Made by a program: the position numbers and the translations under genes
Source of the DNA: an uncultured delta proteobacterium
GTDB lineage: Bacteria > Desulfobacterota > RBG-13-43-22
Assembly: GCA_963743305.1 (NCBI GenBank)
Contig: CAVUPH010000017.1
Coordinates: forward strand, 64,001 to 128,000
Direction of reading: 5' to 3'
Length of the DNA: 64,000 nt
The notes under the pieces: model-generated
What the model was told of the DNA's origin: nothing
Database searches by the model: none
What the model saw: only the letters and a program-made list of their open reading frames with translations
Shown here: in pieces, positions 59,713-64,000 of the stretch
How positions within the stretch are numbered: position 1 is the stretch's first letter
Layout: every line of letters begins with the position of its first letter

Positions 59713-59790
59713 ACCTTTGGAAAACCCTTTGGCCGTTCCCCGCAGCTTTAGCGGATAGACCGGTGGACCCACCCAAAAGGGAGAAGCGTC
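59713..59790. repeat. 78-bp inverted fragment of the 310-bp element
   Basis: First 22 nt identical and last 24 nt 23/24 identical to the reverse complement of 393-470. Confidence 0.85.
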
Positions 59791-59834
59791 GAAAAAATAG
59801 TCGAAAGAATATTAAGGATCGAAGGAAGAACTAA

Positions 59835-60954
59835 ATGAAACGGTGGGGAATCATTGGCGCTATTTTTTTTGTAGGCCTCGTTTGGCAGTGGCTAAGCCCG
59901 GGGCAGGACCAGGCAGCCGAGGGGTTCAAGCCGGCCTTGCCGGGGAGGGCCTTTGTCTTTCCCGAGGATCACCGGGTCCACCGGGATTATAAAACCGAGT
60001 GGTGGTACTATAACGGCCAGTTGCAGGACGCCGAAGGTCGTCGTTACGGGTATCAACTGACTTTTTTTCGTGTGGGGATAAGACCCGGTCCGGTTTCCAG
60101 CCAGGGATCCCGCTGGCGTGTTCGAGAGGTCTACCTGGCCCATTTGGCCGTCACCGATGTCGATCGGAAAAGATTTTCTTATGCCGAAAAAATCAGTCGG
60201 GGGAATCTAGGTTTAGCCGGAGCGGAAACCGGACGCTATCGGGTCTGGATAGAGGATTGGAGCGTGGGCGAAGAGGGGAAGGCCCAGGTTTTAAGAGCCG
60301 GTGACCGGAGTTTGGGCTTGGTACCTTCAGACTTTTCCTGGGAATCCACCCGTGATCCATGGGACGGACGGGATCAGCCGGAAAGGGGCTGGAACCGGGC
60401 AGGCTTCCCATTACTATTCCCTAACCCGAATGGCCACTCGGGGGCAGATCACCCTCAACGGGAGATCGGTTAAAGTTCAGGGGCTAAGCTGGATGGATCA
60501 CGAGTTCGGGAGCAACCAGCTTCAGCCCGGCCAGATCGGCTGGGACTGGTTTTCCTTGAACCTGGGGGATCAGGCGGAATTAATGCTCTATCAGATTCGA
60601 GAAGGGAATGGACAAATCGGTCCGTATTCCAGCGGAACGATGGTCTCCAGGGGCAGGATTCTCCAATCGTTATCCCGGCGGGATTTTTCCATTGAGGTGC
60701 TTAGGACCTGGAAAAGTCCCCACAGTCAGGCTACCTATCCGGCAGGCTGGCAGATCGCTATCCCCCGACAACAGCTAATCCTGCGGTTGACGCCGGTATT
60801 GGACGACCAGGAGTTGATGACCATGAAAAGCACCCGGGTGACTTATTGGGAGGGCCTGGTGGACGCGGAGGGAACCTATCGGGGACAGCCCATCAAAGGC
60901 CAGGGCTATGTGGAGATGACCGGATACGATCGGCGTTTCGCGCCCCGCTTGTGA
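59835..60954 (+). CDS. AttH/carotenoid 1,2-hydratase-like lipocalin-fold secreted protein, frameshift ~60300-60330
   Basis: EWWYYNG, GYQLTFFR, SHYYS, WMDHEF, GWDWF, YWEG, GYVEMTGY. Confidence 0.85.
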
Positions 60955-60965
60955 CCAAAAAAAGC

Positions 60966-60993
60966 TTGACAATTAAGGTAGTTTAAATAAGAT
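60966..60993 (+). promoter_or_regulatory. Putative sigma70 promoter
   Basis: TTGACA-N16-TAAGAT upstream of the GGAGG RBS. Confidence 0.55.
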
Positions 60994-61081
60994 GAAACCG
61001 TCCAAAAAGACGGTTGAAAAGGTCAAAAAGCTCTTCGTGAGCTAAATAATCAAATCATAACGCGAGTGGAGGTAAAAACCT

Positions 61082-61750
61082 ATGTTAATTAAAGGGTGGA
61101 TGACCAGCGATGTCATGACCATTGATGAAGACACCTCGATGATGAAAGCCTCACAAATTATGAAGGAGAATAATATCCGCCGGCTGCCGGTCATGCATAA
61201 AGGCAAGTTAGTGGGTATGATTACCGACCGGGATATCAAGGAAGCCTCTCCCTCCAAAGCCACCACCTTGGATGTCCACGAACTGTATTATTTGCTCTCC
61301 GAGTTAAAGGTTAAAGACATTATGAGTAAAAACGTCTTCACCATCGGTCCGGAAGAAACGGTGGAGAAGGCGGCCGTGAAGATGCTGGAGCACCGGATAT
61401 CCGGACTTCCGGTGGTCAACGATAAGGGGAAGGTCGTCGGGATGATTACCCAAGGGGATATTTTTAAAGTCCTGGTTTCGCTGACCGGGATTTATCGCGG
61501 CGGAATTCAATTTGCCTTCAATTTAGAGGATCGTCCGGGATCGATTAAAGAGGTGGGCGACCTGATCCGGAAGCACGGCGGAAGGATGGTCAGCATTTTA
61601 ACCTCTTACGACATGTGCGATGAGGGCTGCCGCCATGTCTATATTCGGATCAAGGATATTCCTGAGGATAAACTAAAGGCCTTGACCGATGATTTGGATA
61701 AGAATTTTATCCTCCTCTATACGGTTCAGGATTCGCTGAAAGACGTCTAA
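61082..61750 (+). CDS. acuB: CBS-CBS-ACT protein (AcuB-like)
   Basis: IRRLPV, ITDRDIKEASPSKATTLDVHELYYLL, EDRPGSI. Confidence 0.85.
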   Translation: MLIKGWMTSDVMTIDEDTSMMKASQIMKENNIRRLPVMHKGKLVGMITDRDIKEASPSKATTLDVHELYYLLSELKVKDIMSKNVFTIGPEETVEKAAVKMLEHRISGLPVVNDKGKVVGMITQGDIFKVLVSLTGIYRGGIQFAFNLEDRPGSIKEVGDLIRKHGGRMVSILTSYDMCDEGCRHVYIRIKDIPEDKLKALTDDLDKNFILLYTVQDSLKDV

Positions 61751-61780
61751 TTTTTTAAAAATTTATTTTGAGCCCTGAGC

Positions 61781-61823
61781 CCCGTATTCTTCTTCCAGAG
61801 AAAGAATACGGGGCTTTGTTTTT
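61781..61823. terminator. Rho-independent terminator between convergent genes
   Basis: cccgtattctt / aagaatacggg stem followed by ctttgtttttt. Confidence 0.65.
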
Positions 61824-64000
61824 TAGGGTATCCAGGAGACGGCTCCCCCTTCGACCGGCAGGGCTTCCTCCGGGGCCTTAAAGGCTTCCAAAACAGTGTT
61901 TCCTCCCACTCCCCGCAAGGGTTGGAAAACGATCCCGGACGGGACTGGAAATTCTTCGGCCAGGGCATTGGCCAGCGCTTTTTGAAAGAATTCCAGGATG
62001 ATCGGACTGGCCGCCTGGGCTCCGGTCTCTCCGGCCCCCAGCGTGGCGAGGTTATCCAGACCCACCCAAACCCCGGCGGTCACCTGTGGGGTGAGGCCCA
62101 TAAACCAGGCATCCCGAAAATCGTTGGTTGTGCCGGTTTTCCCGGCCACCGGTCGGCCCAAAGCCTTCAGGCGCCAACCCGTCCCCTCTTTAACTACCCC
62201 CTCCAGCAAGTGCGTTATAATATAGGCGGTGTTGGGTGCCATGACCGGTTCGGGTTGAGGCTGGTGAAGGTAAATAGCCCGGCCCAGATGATCCATGATT
62301 CTGGTGATATAAAAGGGGAGCACCCGATTTCCCCCATTATTAAAACAGTTGTATGCCGTGACCATTTCCGCCAGGGAGACCGCCGAGGAACCCAGGGCCA
62401 GGGAAAGATTGGGATAAAGGGGCGAGGTGATCCCCAACTGCTGGGCATAGCGAATAGCATATTCCACCCCAATGCGCTGGAGGATGCGGATGGAAACGAT
62501 ATTTCGCGATTGAATCAACCCGGTGCGCAACAACGTCGGTCCATTAAACTTATGGTCGAAATTTTGTGGTGACCAGGGGTTGTTGCCTCCGAAGACCAGA
62601 GGGGTGTCCATCAGGACCGAAGCCGGTGTCAGGCCCTTGTCCAAACCCGCCGCATAGATGATCGGTTTAAAGGCCGAACCGGGCTGCCTCTTGGCCTGGG
62701 TGGCCCGATTAAACTCGGTCTGGCTGTGATCTTTTCCGCCCACCAGGGCCTTAATCGCTCCGGTGGTCTTGTCGATACAGATCAGGGCGGCCTCGACGGG
62801 ATTTTGTTCGGCCAGGGACAGATAGGGCTTCCCTGGATCTACCCGGAAATTCAAGACATCCCCTTCCCGGAATAAAATGACACTCCTCCCGCCGGCGGTT
62901 GATTCGTCATCCGCGGAAGAATTCTTGGGTTCCGCGGTTCGCTGGGGCAGCGGGAACACCCCCCACTCCCGGCCAAGGCACACTCGGGCCGTTTTCTCGA
63001 TCGGATCGATTTGGACGATAATGCCGGTCCGCAGCGGACCGTTTTTTTTCGAACCGTTGGCCGGCGGGCGAGCCAACTGCTGGCAGTAGGCCTCGATCTT
63101 GTCGGGGGGGATTTGCCGAAGCGGTTTGGCATAAAGGTGGCGCAAGTAAACCGCCCGGGTCCCGTTCTCCACCGCTTCCCGGGCGGCTTTTTGAAATCCG
63201 GATTCGATGGTGGTGTAAACGGTGAGCCCGGCTTGCAGGACAAAATCCGAGCCGTAGTTCTGATACAAAAATTTGCGGACCATGTCGCTGAGATGGGGGG
63301 CGACGGCGCCGGTACTATCCGACCCCCGGGCAAAGGTTAGCGGAAACTGCTCCGCCGCTTGCGCCTCCTGGGAGGACAGATAACCCTCCTCCACCATTCG
63401 TTTTAATACGTAGCGCTGTCGATCCTTGGCCCGCTGGAAATTCAACAAGGGCGAATAGCGACTGGGCGCCTGCGGAAGCCCGGCCAACATGGCGCTCTCG
63501 GCCAGGTTGAGCTCCTTGGATTTCTTACCGAAATAGGTCTGGGCGGCCGCCTCCACTCCGTAGGCTCCATGCCCCAGGTAGATCTGGTTGAGATAGATAT
63601 AGAGAATGTCCCGCTTGGATAGGTTTTGATCCAGCCGGTAGGCCAGGAAGGCCTCCTTGATCTTTCGGGAGAAACTTTTCTCCGGGGAGAGGAGCAGGGA
63701 CTTGGTCACCTGCTGGGTAATGGTACTGCCACCTTGAACAATTTCACCGGCCCAGATATTTTTCCAGAAAGCCCGCAGAATGCTTATAAAATCAAGCCCT
63801 CCGTGCTGAAAGAAACGGGAGTCTTCCGAGGCGATAAACGCCTGAATGAGTTGCGGCGGGAGTTCGGTGAGCGACACCAAAATTCTTTTTTCTTTATAGA
63901 GAAAGCCGATCGGAGCGCCATCGGCCGCCAGGATCTGGGTAGCCAAAGGAGGCTGATAGTCCTCCAGGGAGCGGATGTCGGGCAATTGATAGACCAGCAA
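61823..64000 (-). CDS. mrcA: Penicillin-binding protein 1A (5' end outside the window)
   Basis: EDSRF..HGGLD, QGGSTITQQ, RKIKE, YLNQIY; SAFK, SRN, KTGT. Confidence 0.93.
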   Translation of the reverse strand: MLVYQLPDIRSLEDYQPPLATQILAADGAPIGFLYKEKRILVSLTELPPQLIQAFIASEDSRFFQHGGLDFISILRAFWKNIWAGEIVQGGSTITQQVTKSLLLSPEKSFSRKIKEAFLAYRLDQNLSKRDILYIYLNQIYLGHGAYGVEAAAQTYFGKKSKELNLAESAMLAGLPQAPSRYSPLLNFQRAKDRQRYVLKRMVEEGYLSSQEAQAAEQFPLTFARGSDSTGAVAPHLSDMVRKFLYQNYGSDFVLQAGLTVYTTIESGFQKAAREAVENGTRAVYLRHLYAKPLRQIPPDKIEAYCQQLARPPANGSKKNGPLRTGIIVQIDPIEKTARVCLGREWGVFPLPQRTAEPKNSSADDESTAGGRSVILFREGDVLNFRVDPGKPYLSLAEQNPVEAALICIDKTTGAIKALVGGKDHSQTEFNRATQAKRQPGSAFKPIIYAAGLDKGLTPASVLMDTPLVFGGNNPWSPQNFDHKFNGPTLLRTGLIQSRNIVSIRILQRIGVEYAIRYAQQLGITSPLYPNLSLALGSSAVSLAEMVTAYNCFNNGGNRVLPFYITRIMDHLGRAIYLHQPQPEPVMAPNTAYIITHLLEGVVKEGTGWRLKALGRPVAGKTGTTNDFRDAWFMGLTPQVTAGVWVGLDNLATLGAGETGAQAASPIILEFFQKALANALAEEFPVPSGIVFQPLRGVGGNTVLEAFKAPEEALPVEGGAVSWIP

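Noticed and set aside
1-64000. CRISPR array, rRNA or tRNA genes
   Set aside because: No regularly spaced direct repeats and no cloverleaf or rRNA signatures were seen by eye. The TTCGAA hairpins at ~474-490 and ~50650-50666 lack the rest of a tRNA.

Overview
Bacterial window whose gene content suggests an anaerobic deltaproteobacterium (Desulfobacterota); this assignment is inference. Left to right it holds: (1) a partial Ser/Thr kinase and a metallophosphoesterase. (2) A tightly coupled 12-gene operon (1.6-16.5 kb) in which a partner-switching module (NMT1/THI5-type binding protein, Cache-HAMP-PP2C phosphatase, STAS protein, RsbW-type kinase) is wrapped around a HisC-like aminotransferase, a three-subunit molybdenum hydroxylase, an MFS transporter, GNAT-like proteins and an acyl-CoA ligase. 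(3) A ~17 kb defence island: VapBC, type I R-M with inserted yhcG and AAA-DUF4276, MNT-HEPN remnant, OLD-like ATPase, primase-helicase and an AbiEii-type TA pair. (4) The mercury-methylation pair hgcAB, where hgcA has an unannotated N-terminal Cys-TGA extension followed by a SECIS-like hairpin. (5) A second acyl-CoA ligase/GNAT and a membrane-anchored reductive-dehalogenase-like protein. (6) A Sec-exported RHS protein with a small YD-repeat partner. (7) TRAP DctP, an acetylene-hydratase-like oxidoreductase and an MtaA-like methyltransferase. (8) ybjT-phrB-ybgA, HU, MocA, an AttFGH-like permease/hydrolase pair, AcuB and a partial PBP1A. A ~310-bp non-coding element with nested inverted repeats and compensatory substitutions occurs twice, plus one 78-bp fragment. 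Many genes beyond 18.6 kb are split by small indels that look like sequencing errors. No rRNA, tRNA or CRISPR array was seen. All family assignments come from motif recognition, not database searches.
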